Below, piece after piece: positions 48,349-58,276 of a stretch of 64,000 nucleotides of DNA (the stretch's first letter is position 1; each line of letters begins with the position of its first letter). Both the position numbers and the translations under genes were made by a program. The stretch is from an uncultured Candidatus Saccharibacteria bacterium (GTDB lineage: Bacteria; Patescibacteriota; Minisyncoccia; UBA6257; 2-01-FULL-56-20). Below the pieces are notes generated by a model. The model did no database searches and was not told where the DNA came from. It was given only the letters and a program-made list of their open reading frames with translations. The stretch covers positions 5,641 to 69,640 of the forward strand of contig CAYHXC010000002.1 of the NCBI GenBank assembly GCA_964360585.1, in the 5' to 3' direction.

Positions 48349-50070
48349 TCAAAACTCGGTGGTTTCGCGAAGCACATCTTCAAGCGACACCAGTCCCGCC
48401 AGCGCCTTCAAAACGCCATCCTGACGCATCGTCACCATCCCCTGTCGTTTGGCCTCGGCAATCAGTGTTTGCATGGTAAAACTGCCGCTAATCACGGCCT
48501 CAAGTTCCGGCATCATTCGGAAAACTTCGAAGATGGCCATCCGTCCGATCGTTCCCTTCCCCCGACAGACGTTACAGCCAGGCGCATGATAGACGGTATA
48601 GGGTTCTTTGTAGCTGGCCACCAGATCAGGCGATAGTCCGGCAACCGCTTTTTTGATAATCGTCTGGAGCTCTTTCGATCCTTCCTCCGCTTGTTTGCAG
48701 TTTTCACAGAGGCGCAAAGCCAGACGCTGGGCCACCATCAAGTTTAGCGAAGCCGGCAAAAGAAAGGAATCTATTTTCATATCTAATAAGCGCGGAATAA
48801 CGCTCACCGAATTATTGGTGTGGAGCGTGGACAAGACGACATGGCCAGTTAAAGCGGCGTGGACGGCTAAACCGGCAGTTTCAGTGTCGCGAATTTCACC
48901 GACCATAATCACATCCGGATCCTGACGGAGAATCTGGCGCAAGCCGGAAGCAAAATCATACCCAATCTCGGGATGGACCTGCGACTGATTGACGCCGGTC
49001 ACGAAATACTCGACGGGATCCTCAAGACTGACAATGTTCGCGCTTTCTTTGTTCAAGGCTTGGAGCAAGGCATAGAGCGAGGTGCTTTTTCCGGAACCGG
49101 TCGGACCAGTCACGAGCACCATGCCGAACGGCTTGGCCAGACCTTCCTTCACATATTCGGCATTTTTTCCCATGAGACCAAGCTCATCAAAACTTTTGAG
49201 ACCGGTCGTTGGATCCAAAACACGGATGGCTACCTTTTCACCGTGCGGTGTTGGAAATGTCGAAACGCGAAAGTCGATACTTCGATTTGAGACGGTCGTT
49301 CGAAACCGACCATCCTGGGGAATACGCGTCTCGTCAATTTTCAAATTGGAGATAACTTTGATACGCGAGATAACTGGCTGGCCAAGTTCCGGCGGCAGTG
49401 CCGCTTCCTCGCGCAGTTCGCCGTCAACGCGAAGACGGATACGAAGATAGTTTTGTTGCGGCTCGATATGAATATCCGAGGCGCCGCGAGCCACGGCTTC
49501 GCGAAACGTTTCGGCCACGATTCTGATAACCGGCCCATCCTCGGCACCACCCTTTCCCGCTTCGAGACTGATGACATCGCGTTCAGCCACCGATTTCAAA
49601 TTGAGCGACTTAATAGCCGACTCAATCTCGCTCTTGTAGGGCGAGTATTTCTGAAGCACCGCCTGCCAATCGCTCCAGGAAATGAGATAGACGCCGAGAT
49701 TCAGATGCGTCCGCCGGGCGATAAACTTGATCGCCTCCTGGGCTTTCAAGTCATCCGGATTGACCATACCCACCACCAGGAGATCATTTTGTTTTTCAAT
49801 CGGAATAACGCCGTAGGTTCTGACCGTCTCCTCGGGAAAAAGTTCGTAGAGTTCTTTCGTGATATCCTCTACCTTTACTTTTTTATAGGGAACTTTGAGC
49901 GCCTGGGCCTTGAGCTGGGCCAACTTACTGTCGTCAATAAGGCGACGCTCCACAATTACCGCCTCAACCGGCCGTCCAGAAAGTTCAACTTCGCGTTTCA
50001 ACGAAGCCAGCGTGACCTGGTCGAACAGATTGGCCGTCTCAATTTCCTTTAAAAACTTAGAGGATTCCAT
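48349..50070 (-). CDS. pilB: pilus assembly ATPase (GspE/PilB)
   Basis: ASDIHIEP, PQDGRF, GPTGSGKST and zinc-binding CxxC pairs. Confidence 0.93.
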   Translation of the reverse strand: MESSKFLKEIETANLFDQVTLASLKREVELSGRPVEAVIVERRLIDDSKLAQLKAQALKVPYKKVKVEDITKELYELFPEETVRTYGVIPIEKQNDLLVVGMVNPDDLKAQEAIKFIARRTHLNLGVYLISWSDWQAVLQKYSPYKSEIESAIKSLNLKSVAERDVISLEAGKGGAEDGPVIRIVAETFREAVARGASDIHIEPQQNYLRIRLRVDGELREEAALPPELGQPVISRIKVISNLKIDETRIPQDGRFRTTVSNRSIDFRVSTFPTPHGEKVAIRVLDPTTGLKSFDELGLMGKNAEYVKEGLAKPFGMVLVTGPTGSGKSTSLYALLQALNKESANIVSLEDPVEYFVTGVNQSQVHPEIGYDFASGLRQILRQDPDVIMVGEIRDTETAGLAVHAALTGHVVLSTLHTNNSVSVIPRLLDMKIDSFLLPASLNLMVAQRLALRLCENCKQAEEGSKELQTIIKKAVAGLSPDLVASYKEPYTVYHAPGCNVCRGKGTIGRMAIFEVFRMMPELEAVISGSFTMQTLIAEAKRQGMVTMRQDGVLKALAGLVSLEDVLRETTEF

Positions 50071-50120
50071 ATAGTAGTAAGTATACTGCGAATTTCTAAA
50101 GGATGCAGTATGAAGGAAGT

Positions 50121-50690
50121 CTACAGTTCGTGAATAACAAGCTTTGGCCATTTCTTCTGCCAATTCTTCTTAATGATTCTATCTCGATAGATATCCATCT
50201 TTCTTCGAAAAGTCGGGCTAGGACGAACTTCTAGATTAATTAAATCAGAAATGCCATGAGGTTGAACGAGAACAAGCTTGTCATTCTCGTCGAGCAGAAC
50301 AGCAAGACAGGTCACCGTTTCCGGCCATCGAGAGAGTGCGTCTTCTGAAGAAGTATAGGGGTCGTCGCCATTATCCACATGAAGACGGACTTGATTGTTC
50401 AAGGACCACCTTGGTCCGGGCATCTCTTCGGATAATTTTTCCTGAAGTTTGGTTTCAGTATCCTCACTCACGTCAGTCCGATCAAAATAAATAACATCAA
50501 TATCGTCGAGAGGCGTCCTATCTTTGTAACCATGGAGGTGGTCCCACACTTTATTACGCACGAAACCAGCTCCGATCATAGCGTCAGGAAGTTTTAAATC
50601 CCTCACTGTCTTTAGAATATCCATCATCCACTGATCTTCAGAAATAATGCGTAAAATATCTTTTTCGGTCATACGTTGATATATTGGCAT
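50121..50690 (-). CDS. nucleotidyltransferase family protein (DUF925-like)
   Basis: AGFVRNKVWD, DIDVIYFD, WPET and WQKKWP motifs. Confidence 0.82.
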   Translation of the reverse strand: MPIYQRMTEKDILRIISEDQWMMDILKTVRDLKLPDAMIGAGFVRNKVWDHLHGYKDRTPLDDIDVIYFDRTDVSEDTETKLQEKLSEEMPGPRWSLNNQVRLHVDNGDDPYTSSEDALSRWPETVTCLAVLLDENDKLVLVQPHGISDLINLEVRPSPTFRRKMDIYRDRIIKKNWQKKWPKLVIHEL

Positions 50691-50814
50691 AAAATTTGAG
50701 TTTAAAAACGATGAGCTACAAGGCTTGGTCGAGTACCGCAAGGGAGCTGTATTAAGCATACAGCGACTGCGGCACGGAGACCGTAACGCAGTAGATCACG
50801 TTTTTAAACTCAAA

Positions 50815-51099
50815 TTACGGTAGGAAGGGATTATCTTTGCCGACCACCCCCTCCCCCGGCGGCTGAACATAGGTTGTTCGCGTAGTGAAAGCCGGATTCT
50901 GAAAAACTTTAGTATTCAGTTCAATCTGGGCCACCTGGACAGTTTGTCGAAAACTCGCCGGTCCAACGGTATTAATAATCTCGGGATTTTTAAAGAAAAT
51001 GAGATAGACGGCCAAAATAATCGTGACGATAATCACCAGCCAGCCGATTAAGACGATCACGCTCCCCTGGTCCCGTTCTTCTTCGACAACAATAGCCAT
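50815..51099 (-). CDS. small single-TM pilus-locus protein
   Basis: TM helix and C-terminal GKDNPF motif. Confidence 0.7.
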   Translation of the reverse strand: MAIVVEEERDQGSVIVLIGWLVIIVTIILAVYLIFFKNPEIINTVGPASFRQTVQVAQIELNTKVFQNPAFTTRTTYVQPPGEGVVGKDNPFLP

Positions 51100-51231
51100 A
51101 TCAGATAGTAGAAATTCGACTGAGAATCCCAAAGATTATCAGGGCTTTAGTTCGACTATGGAAAGAAAATATCATTGTTCAGTATGTTTTAGATAATAAC
51201 GGAATTGTCGAATTTTCACTACCTGACATAG

Positions 51232-51810
51232 TTACATTTGTTGATAATATGATACGACCTCAGCGGTGCCGGTAAAAAGATCGACGCCGGCTTTGGCGCC
51301 GAGCGGCTGAAGGTTGGCAGAGCGGATTTCCATGAGGAGCACGTTGTTTTCGATCCGAGAAAAGAAGTCCTTCACCTGATTATACGATCCCGTAAAGGCA
51401 ACCCGAAAGGTGAGGGTGCCTACAGGCTTCACCAGCGGTTTGGTTGAAGGGATGAGCGCGGAACGATTGACCTCCGGCGTAATATTCTGAAGCGAGAGAC
51501 CGCTTAAACGAACCAAGCCTTCCAGCTGAACCAGCGAACTGCTTAAGTCCGGTCCCAAAGGAAGCGTAGCCGAAAGCGCGTTTCTCAAATTGCCGGCGCT
51601 GTCACCCGTATAATTATCAATCAGTTTCAAAACATTATTGACCGCCGGTTTCTGCTCGGCTAAAAACTTATTGTATCCATTCCGCTCTCCAATTGTTTTC
51701 TGAAGATTCTCATAGGCCGGCTGGGTCAGTTCAAAATAAACGACAAACGAACCGAGTATAAAGACAAGGGCAAAGGCCATGCTGGCGAGTCGTTTTGTTC
51801 CTTGTTTCAT
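51232..51810 (-). CDS. pilO: PilO-like protein
   Basis: N-terminal TM, GSYNQVKDFFSRIE motif and position after pilM/pilN. Confidence 0.7.
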   Translation of the reverse strand: MKQGTKRLASMAFALVFILGSFVVYFELTQPAYENLQKTIGERNGYNKFLAEQKPAVNNVLKLIDNYTGDSAGNLRNALSATLPLGPDLSSSLVQLEGLVRLSGLSLQNITPEVNRSALIPSTKPLVKPVGTLTFRVAFTGSYNQVKDFFSRIENNVLLMEIRSANLQPLGAKAGVDLFTGTAEVVSYYQQM

Positions 51811-51811
51811 A

Positions 51812-52483
51812 TTATTGGGCGGAAGTTGAAGTGGTCGACGATGTTGCAACGCCAGGAACAGTGGTCGAAGCCGGAGTACCGATTGGAAGATCAGTCGTCG
51901 GCTCGCTTGCCTCTATCGTTTCACTCGTCATGGCAGAAGCAAAAAAGCTAGGAGTCATAGTGAGGGTGATCGAGAATGTCCAAACGCCCGATTTTTGATC
52001 GAGAGAAAGCTGTGTCAGTTGCGAACTCTTGACTAATGATTGCGATTTAAATCGATTCAGCTGTTCGCCCAAATTGACAATTGAACGCGCCTGTCCGCCA
52101 AGCGTCATTGTTTTATTCGTGCCGTTAAAAACAAAACTCACGAGCTGCACATTGACGTTGGTGTTTTCCTCGAGCCAGGAAAAAGATTTTGAGGGCATGC
52201 TCTGTTTTTTGAGCAGTGTGCTCAAGTTATCAAGCTGGGAATAAAAAGAAATGAGCTCGTCCTGATCGCGTTCCGGAACCTGCTTGCTAAAATCAGCAAT
52301 TTCCTTTTCCAAGCCGGCAATCTGATTTTCTAAATATGGTTTGTAGCCAAACTGAATGCCGAGATAGATTCCGAAACTCAAAATAAAAAATGTGGCGCTA
52401 AAAAGAAGCACGCGGCTTGACCAGCCCGGCGTCCGTGCCGGCGCTCGGCTTAACTGATCAACAACTTTTGAGGGAAGGGCCAT
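51812..52483 (-). CDS. pilN: PilN-like protein
   Basis: TM plus coiled coil, located between pilM and pilO. Confidence 0.65.
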   Translation of the reverse strand: MALPSKVVDQLSRAPARTPGWSSRVLLFSATFFILSFGIYLGIQFGYKPYLENQIAGLEKEIADFSKQVPERDQDELISFYSQLDNLSTLLKKQSMPSKSFSWLEENTNVNVQLVSFVFNGTNKTMTLGGQARSIVNLGEQLNRFKSQSLVKSSQLTQLSLDQKSGVWTFSITLTMTPSFFASAMTSETIEASEPTTDLPIGTPASTTVPGVATSSTTSTSAQ

Positions 52484-52607
52484 GAAGAGGTGTCGCGAAT
52501 AATGCTAATGTGAATAAATAATGCGAATAAACTTATAACTCATTTTGATTGTACCGTGAGCGCGAAACAGAGATTGTAACGAAGTAGATAAACATTTTAT
52601 GAGCAAA

Positions 52608-53714
52608 TTAGACGAGTTCTTTCATTCCTAGTCCTAATGCCACAGTGAAAAGCGGATTGAGTTGCGGAATGAGCGGTTCCATGAGCGGCGGGTATTCAAA
52701 GCGGAGGAAGGGAGAGGCTTTGACCGTAGGACGACCAAGTTCCCGCTCGACATACTTCTCAATGCCTAAAAGATTCGCTCCTCCACCGGAAAGAATAATC
52801 CGCTCCACGGGCTTCACGTTCGTAAACTGACTACTATAATTAAACTCCTGCTTCTTGACATCTCCTAGTATAGCATCTAAAAACGGCAGCATTATTGTGG
52901 ACAACTCATATTCGGCGCCGCTTCCAACCAGACCCCGTTCCTTCTTCAGCTCCTCTGCCCGACGGGAGTTGATGTTCAAACTCGAGGCCAACGCCTGCGT
53001 GAGCGAGGCGCCGCCAAAATCACTCTGCCCGTTAAACCGCAACTGTCCGCCCTCAAAAAAAGCGATATTGGTCGAACGGGAACCGATATCAACAACCGCC
53101 GTCGGCGTCGGATCATTGCCAACCAGGATTCTGCCCACACTCAAACTTTCGAGTTCCAGCCACCGCAGATTGAGACCAGCTGTCTCAAACACTTTTTTAA
53201 ACTTGGCGATATGCTCGAGCGGCACGGACAAAAGCAAAATTTGTTGATGATGATAGCCTTTGTCGTCGTCGAACTCTCCCACCTTAATCCACTCGAGACT
53301 CACTTCCGATATCGGCAATGGAATATACTGCTTGGCCTGGAAGGCAATCGAGTTCTGCAACTCTCCCGGCGTCATCTCCGGAAGATCGAGCAGGGTGACG
53401 AAAGCGGAAAAAATTGGAAACGAAGCAATCACATCCCGCGTCTGCGGTTTCATCTTGCCGATAATCGATGTCAGAATCTCTGTTGCCTCCTGATCAAACA
53501 GTTTTAAATTGCTGGATTGGATGGCCGAAGTCGGCCGGCCGAGATACTTGCTCTCTTCCGAGAAACCATAGTTCACTACCGCCGGCATTTTTCTCCCCGG
53601 CTTCACTTCAACCACTTTAATCGAGGTCGTCCCGATATCTACGCCCAAATACGACGGAAAAAGATTCCGCCGGAACGAGCGATAGGCCGTCAGTGGATTG
53701 ATCCAGTCGAGCAT
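52608..53714 (-). CDS. pilM: type IV pilus assembly protein
   Basis: LGVDIGTTSIKVVE, VDIGSRST and LSGGGA motifs. Confidence 0.92.
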   Translation of the reverse strand: MLDWINPLTAYRSFRRNLFPSYLGVDIGTTSIKVVEVKPGRKMPAVVNYGFSEESKYLGRPTSAIQSSNLKLFDQEATEILTSIIGKMKPQTRDVIASFPIFSAFVTLLDLPEMTPGELQNSIAFQAKQYIPLPISEVSLEWIKVGEFDDDKGYHHQQILLLSVPLEHIAKFKKVFETAGLNLRWLELESLSVGRILVGNDPTPTAVVDIGSRSTNIAFFEGGQLRFNGQSDFGGASLTQALASSLNINSRRAEELKKERGLVGSGAEYELSTIMLPFLDAILGDVKKQEFNYSSQFTNVKPVERIILSGGGANLLGIEKYVERELGRPTVKASPFLRFEYPPLMEPLIPQLNPLFTVALGLGMKELV

Positions 53715-53752
53715 CGTACTATAGAGTATATCACACAAATTGCCCTCATTTT

Positions 53753-54454
53753 ATGCGAATTTTCGGCGCCATCATCGATAGTCTCTTCCCTGCTCGCTGC
53801 ATTCGGTGTGAAAAAAATATTCCTCGTCAGGAAGATGCGCTTTGTTCCGATTGTTTGGAAACAATCACACTCCCCAACACACTTTTCTGCGGCACCTGCG
53901 GCGCGCGACTGCCAGCCGCCAAAAAAATCTGCCATCGCGATACGCCCTACATTCTCGGAAGCATCGCCGAGTACGAAGATCCGACCATCAAAAAACTGAT
54001 TCACGCCCTGAAGTTCAAACGACTGAAACCAGTTAGTGTTTTTTTAGGCAACCTTCTGGTCGCCTATGTTGAGAATCTCAACCCTCCATTCGTCTTGACC
54101 GAGGAAACGATTATTATTCCTCTTCCTTTGAGCAAGGAACGGCTCCGTGAACGCGGGTTCAACCAGGCCGCGCTTATCGCCAAAACGTTTGCTGAAAATG
54201 TACACCTCCCGATGCTCGAAGATGTTTTAATCCGCACCCGACACTCGAAACCGCAAAGCCAGACGGAAAACGTGAAGGATCGCGAGGAAAATGTCCATGA
54301 TGCCTTTCACGTTGTGCGGCCGGAGATGATCGCGGGTAAAAAACTGATTGTGATTGACGATGTGACCACAACCGGCGCCACCCTCCGGAGCGCCTCGAAA
54401 GTACTAAAACAAAACGGCGCGAAAGAAATCCTCGCACTCACCATCGCGCGGTAG
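53753..54454 (+). CDS. comF: competence protein ComF (phosphoribosyltransferase)
   Basis: CxxC pairs, RGFNQA and IDDVTTTGATL motifs. Confidence 0.92.
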   Translation: MRIFGAIIDSLFPARCIRCEKNIPRQEDALCSDCLETITLPNTLFCGTCGARLPAAKKICHRDTPYILGSIAEYEDPTIKKLIHALKFKRLKPVSVFLGNLLVAYVENLNPPFVLTEETIIIPLPLSKERLRERGFNQAALIAKTFAENVHLPMLEDVLIRTRHSKPQSQTENVKDREENVHDAFHVVRPEMIAGKKLIVIDDVTTTGATLRSASKVLKQNGAKEILALTIAR

Positions 54455-54475
54455 AGATTGTGCTATAGTAAATGC

Positions 54476-54949
54476 ATGGATGAACGAGAAACTATTTCCT
54501 GGGAAGCGCCGGAATTTGAACACCACGAAAAGGACGTTCTCTGGGCCTGGGGTTCGATTATTCTGGCTGTCGTCGTGCTTGCGTTTGCGATTATAAACCG
54601 CAACTTTCTGTTCGCCATTTTTATTGTTATCGCCGAAGTTTTGATTCTCACCTGGGGCCACCGCGAACCGCGCGACCTTACCTTTGAAATAGATGAAAAA
54701 AATCTTGTGATTGCCGGCCGCGAACGCCACGCTCTCCGCGATCTCGACCACTTCGGCTTCATTGACTTAGGAGAACAGCATGAGCTCGTTGAACTCGGCC
54801 TCGTCTTCAAAAAATTCCGTCCGATCATCCGTATCCTCGTGCCGCGCTCGTCCGTAAAGACTGTTGGTGATCGCCTGAAACTCTACGGCCGCAAAGCCGA
54901 GATGGAACCGACCGTAGTTGATATCATGGAGCGCCTTCTTCGGTTTTAG
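54476..54949 (+). CDS. conserved hypothetical membrane protein
   Basis: ISWEAPEF..K..W pattern followed by two TM segments. Confidence 0.75.
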   Translation: MDERETISWEAPEFEHHEKDVLWAWGSIILAVVVLAFAIINRNFLFAIFIVIAEVLILTWGHREPRDLTFEIDEKNLVIAGRERHALRDLDHFGFIDLGEQHELVELGLVFKKFRPIIRILVPRSSVKTVGDRLKLYGRKAEMEPTVVDIMERLLRF

Positions 54950-54953
54950 GTTG

Positions 54954-55025
54954 TGCGCTCGGTAGGAATCGAACCTGCATTACGGGATTCGCAATCCCGT
55001 GTCCTATCCGTTGAACGACGAGCGC
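54954..55025 (-). tRNA. tRNA-Arg(GCG)
   Basis: Cloverleaf with CGGGA-TTGCGAA-TCCCG anticodon arm. Confidence 0.92.
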
Positions 55026-55233
55026 AAGGTCGTTTCCGCAGTCAGCTGGAAAGCGGAAGCGACTATTTCTTATACCGTATTTTATACGTTGAGGCAATCT
55101 ATCTTCTCGTCCAAAACACGCAATTACGCCGGAGGCGGATCTGTATGGTCAGCGCCAATACCAGAAGGATTAAAGAAAAGGTCTTGGTCTGGATTGATTT
55201 ACTAAGCAAAGCACTATACTATAATTCGACATC

Positions 55234-55305
55234 GCGGGAGTAGTTCAGAGGCAGAACGTCTCGTTGCCAACGAGAAGATCGCGGGTTCGAATCCCGTCTC
55301 CCGCT
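55234..55305 (+). tRNA. tRNA-Gly(GCC)
   Basis: Cloverleaf with TCTCG-TTGCCAA-CGAGA anticodon arm and U73. Confidence 0.95.
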
Positions 55306-55587
55306 CACTTCTTCGCTCCTTATGGAGCTACGAAGTGCAGGCCATTAACTTGCACTTCGGTATGATTGATGGCGAAGAAGTACTCTTCATAGCCTTCGCC
55401 TTGCCGAAGCCAGAGGCGAAGTGCAGGTTGGCGAAGAATGGGCCTTACTTCAACCCGCAGTCCAAAAGAACATAAATCTGGTTTATAATAACTACATAAG
55501 GCCGGCGGGAAGGACCGGAGGTATTATCGAAAATACCTTCATTTTCTCTCGTTTTTTCGTAACCAAAGACATATTTTATCGTTATCT

Positions 55588-56124
55588 ATGATAGATGGTG
55601 AAGAAGACATCATAAAAAGCGCCATCCAGGGCGAGGCCTCGGCCTTCGGCTTACTCTACAAGCACTATCAGCCGAGTATCTATCGGTTCGTATACTTGAA
55701 AGTCGGCCGTCGTGAGGAGGCCGAGGACCTCACCCATCACGTTTTCCTGAAGGCTTGGCAGAATATCGAAAACTTCAAACCCCGTGGCTTCCCCTTCTCG
55801 AGCTGGCTCTACCGTATGGCCCGGAATCAAGTCATTGATTTCTACCGCACGGCCAAAGGGAACATCTCGATTGACGATCTCGACTCGGACATCTTTAGGT
55901 CGAGCGACGATACGGAAGGTTCATTTGATCTTAGTCTTCTTTTGGCAAGTGCTCGGAAAGCCATCCTCGAGCTCAAGCCGGAGCACCAGGACGTGATCAT
56001 TATGCGTTTTGTGGAAGACCTTTCGGTCAGAGAAGTGGCCGAGGCTCTGAAGAAAAGCGAAGGGGCGGTCAAACTTTTGCAACATCGAGCGATGGAAAAA
56101 TTGCGAGAAATCCTTCATGACTAA
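55588..56124 (+). CDS. ECF RNA polymerase sigma factor
   Basis: AEDLT, FSSWLYRMARN and EVAEALKKSEGAVK motifs. Confidence 0.93.
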   Translation: MIDGEEDIIKSAIQGEASAFGLLYKHYQPSIYRFVYLKVGRREEAEDLTHHVFLKAWQNIENFKPRGFPFSSWLYRMARNQVIDFYRTAKGNISIDDLDSDIFRSSDDTEGSFDLSLLLASARKAILELKPEHQDVIIMRFVEDLSVREVAEALKKSEGAVKLLQHRAMEKLREILHD

Positions 56125-56596
56125 TCTCGAACACATTTTAAAAAAGCTGAAACACATCGAACCGGAGCAGCACTATGCCGACCGGTCGTTACACACGATT
56201 GTCATGACCCCGCGAACATCGCGAGCTTCGTGGTTTTCCTTTACCTTTTTCCGAGTCGCGGAGTATGGCGCCGCCGTAGCCCTCGTTGGATTATTGCTCG
56301 TCGTCATGCTTGGCAACTCTTCTCTCGTGACTACGTTTTCGCCAATTCAATCCAATAGCTTAAGTTCGGGTGGACTGCGGGCCGAAGCAGAAGCGATTGA
56401 TATCCAGATCAAACTGCTCGACCTTGATTACGAGGAGAGTTCGAGCACGCTTATCAAGAAATCCACCACTCCGATTCTTCGGAAGAAAACCAGCCGACAA
56501 GTGATTGCGCCACTCGAGACAACCACATCAACAATCGCGAACGAATCAACCACTCCCCCAACCGTAGACGAAGTTTTAGACTTACTCGCTGAATGA
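56117..56596 (+). CDS. single-TM protein, probable anti-sigma factor
   Basis: Overlaps the sigma gene and has one TM helix. Confidence 0.6.
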   Translation: MTNLEHILKKLKHIEPEQHYADRSLHTIVMTPRTSRASWFSFTFFRVAEYGAAVALVGLLLVVMLGNSSLVTTFSPIQSNSLSSGGLRAEAEAIDIQIKLLDLDYEESSSTLIKKSTTPILRKKTSRQVIAPLETTTSTIANESTTPPTVDEVLDLLAE

Positions 56597-57345
56597 TAGC
56601 TCTAAAACGCACACATTCTAGAAGCGCTGTTCTGGCAGTGCTCGTTCTCGCCGCTAGTTTGCCGTTTCACGCGAGCGCCCAAGGGCCGCTCTGTGATTTT
56701 GGAACAAAAATAACCGAACTAAAAGCCTTGCAGTCCAGCGGCACAAACGAAGTCGTGGCCGAACTGAATGTCCGAAAAGATCTTTTGAAAATCAGCATCG
56801 GCTGCTTAAAGAAAGAAACGAAGTATTCCGATAGCGAACTCCAAAAGATCGAATCGGATCGTGAAGATATCAAAGCTTTTGCCGAATGGATCCATCGGCA
56901 GATTCAAGAGAATGTCAGCTACTACAACTACAAAGAAACGCAGATCGACAGTTTGGGCTTGAAGGGGGCTAAAGATTTTGCCAAAGAATTAGCGAACCGC
57001 AAAGAGCAGGTGAACACTGTTCTCGACAACTTGGTCGTCAGCCTGACCGACTGGATGAGTAACGAAAATTTATTTAAGACTGGCGAGAAGCGTTTTGCGG
57101 ATATCAAGAAGACACTGAGCGCCTTTAATCTGCCGCACGATCACGAAATCCTTCTCCTAGAAAAAGAAGCGATGGGAATTTTCAATGAAGGAAAGGTAAA
57201 GCATCAGGAAACCTGGAAGGATCTCTCGAACCGAGAGGTTGAAGCTAGCCGAGCCGAAGCCAAAGAGTCATTGGAACTTCTGGCCGAAGCATACGAAGTT
57301 TTCCTTAAGATAAGCGAGGTTAGTAAAAAAACTCTCCCACTTTAA
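56593..57345 (+). CDS. secreted helical hypothetical protein
   Basis: Signal peptide and ATGA coupling with the upstream gene. Confidence 0.7.
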   Translation: MIALKRTHSRSAVLAVLVLAASLPFHASAQGPLCDFGTKITELKALQSSGTNEVVAELNVRKDLLKISIGCLKKETKYSDSELQKIESDREDIKAFAEWIHRQIQENVSYYNYKETQIDSLGLKGAKDFAKELANRKEQVNTVLDNLVVSLTDWMSNENLFKTGEKRFADIKKTLSAFNLPHDHEILLLEKEAMGIFNEGKVKHQETWKDLSNREVEASRAEAKESLELLAEAYEVFLKISEVSKKTLPL

Positions 57346-57765
57346 CCTTAAAACGCGAAATGCTTCGTTACGGCCTGCGCTCCGCCCTCACATAAATGTG
57401 AACTTCCGCCGAAGGCGGATCCTCCTCCGGAGGACGCTTACGGTGCTCGGCCAAGCCTCGCATTTCATCATTTTATGGCTAAAGTAAAATACACTATCCC
57501 TTCAACATAAAACACCCCGTCTATAGGGGTGTTTTGATTGTTGAATTAAATTCAGATCCAGAATTGTTGATTTTTGGATTTTCTACAAGGCGGCAGTGAG
57601 TACCGAAGCGAGACAGGGAGTTATCAACGGAACTTGATTCTCAAATTTTATTGATAACGCGATGAAATACAAGGCTTGACCGAGTACCGCCCCGAGCAAT
57701 ATTGAAACATATTGTAAGGGCGGAACGCAGGTCGTAACGCAGTAGTTCGCGCGTTATCAATAAAA

Positions 57766-58041
57766 TCACGCAACGGCGTCTTTAAGCGCCTTCCCCGCCT
57801 TAAACTTCGGCTTCACCGACGCAGCAATATGAATTTTCGCGCCAGTCTTTGGGTTCACACCCATGCGAGCGGCCCGCTTCGCGACTCGGAACGTTCCAAA
57901 GCCAGCAATGGCCACTTCTTCGCCGCGGCCAAGCGTCTTCGTTATAATTTCAAACACCGCTTCAACAGTTTTTTTGGCGTGACTCTTCACCTCCACGCCA
58001 GTCGCCTTCATGAGAGCCTCGGCCAATCCTTCTTTTGTCAT
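57766..58041 (-). CDS. hup: HU family DNA-binding protein
   Basis: GFGTF, RMGVNPKTG and PKFKAGKALKDAV motifs. Confidence 0.95.
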   Translation of the reverse strand: MTKEGLAEALMKATGVEVKSHAKKTVEAVFEIITKTLGRGEEVAIAGFGTFRVAKRAARMGVNPKTGAKIHIAASVKPKFKAGKALKDAVA

Positions 58042-58276
58042 AAATACGTAAAAATAAGTAAGAAACAACCTCGACCTTTTCAGGTAGTGAAAATTCGACA
58101 GAGCGTCCAGAAAAAGCAGTCGAATTTCTACTCCCTGATTGAACGAGCTCATTATAGCATCCCCCCACCACTTCCCTCAAACAATTGATACGCTCCCAAA
58201 ATGGCCTGGAAACTCAACAAAAAGACGTGCTCCAAATCAAAAATATGGCGAGGGGACAGGCCAGTTTTTTAGCGGA

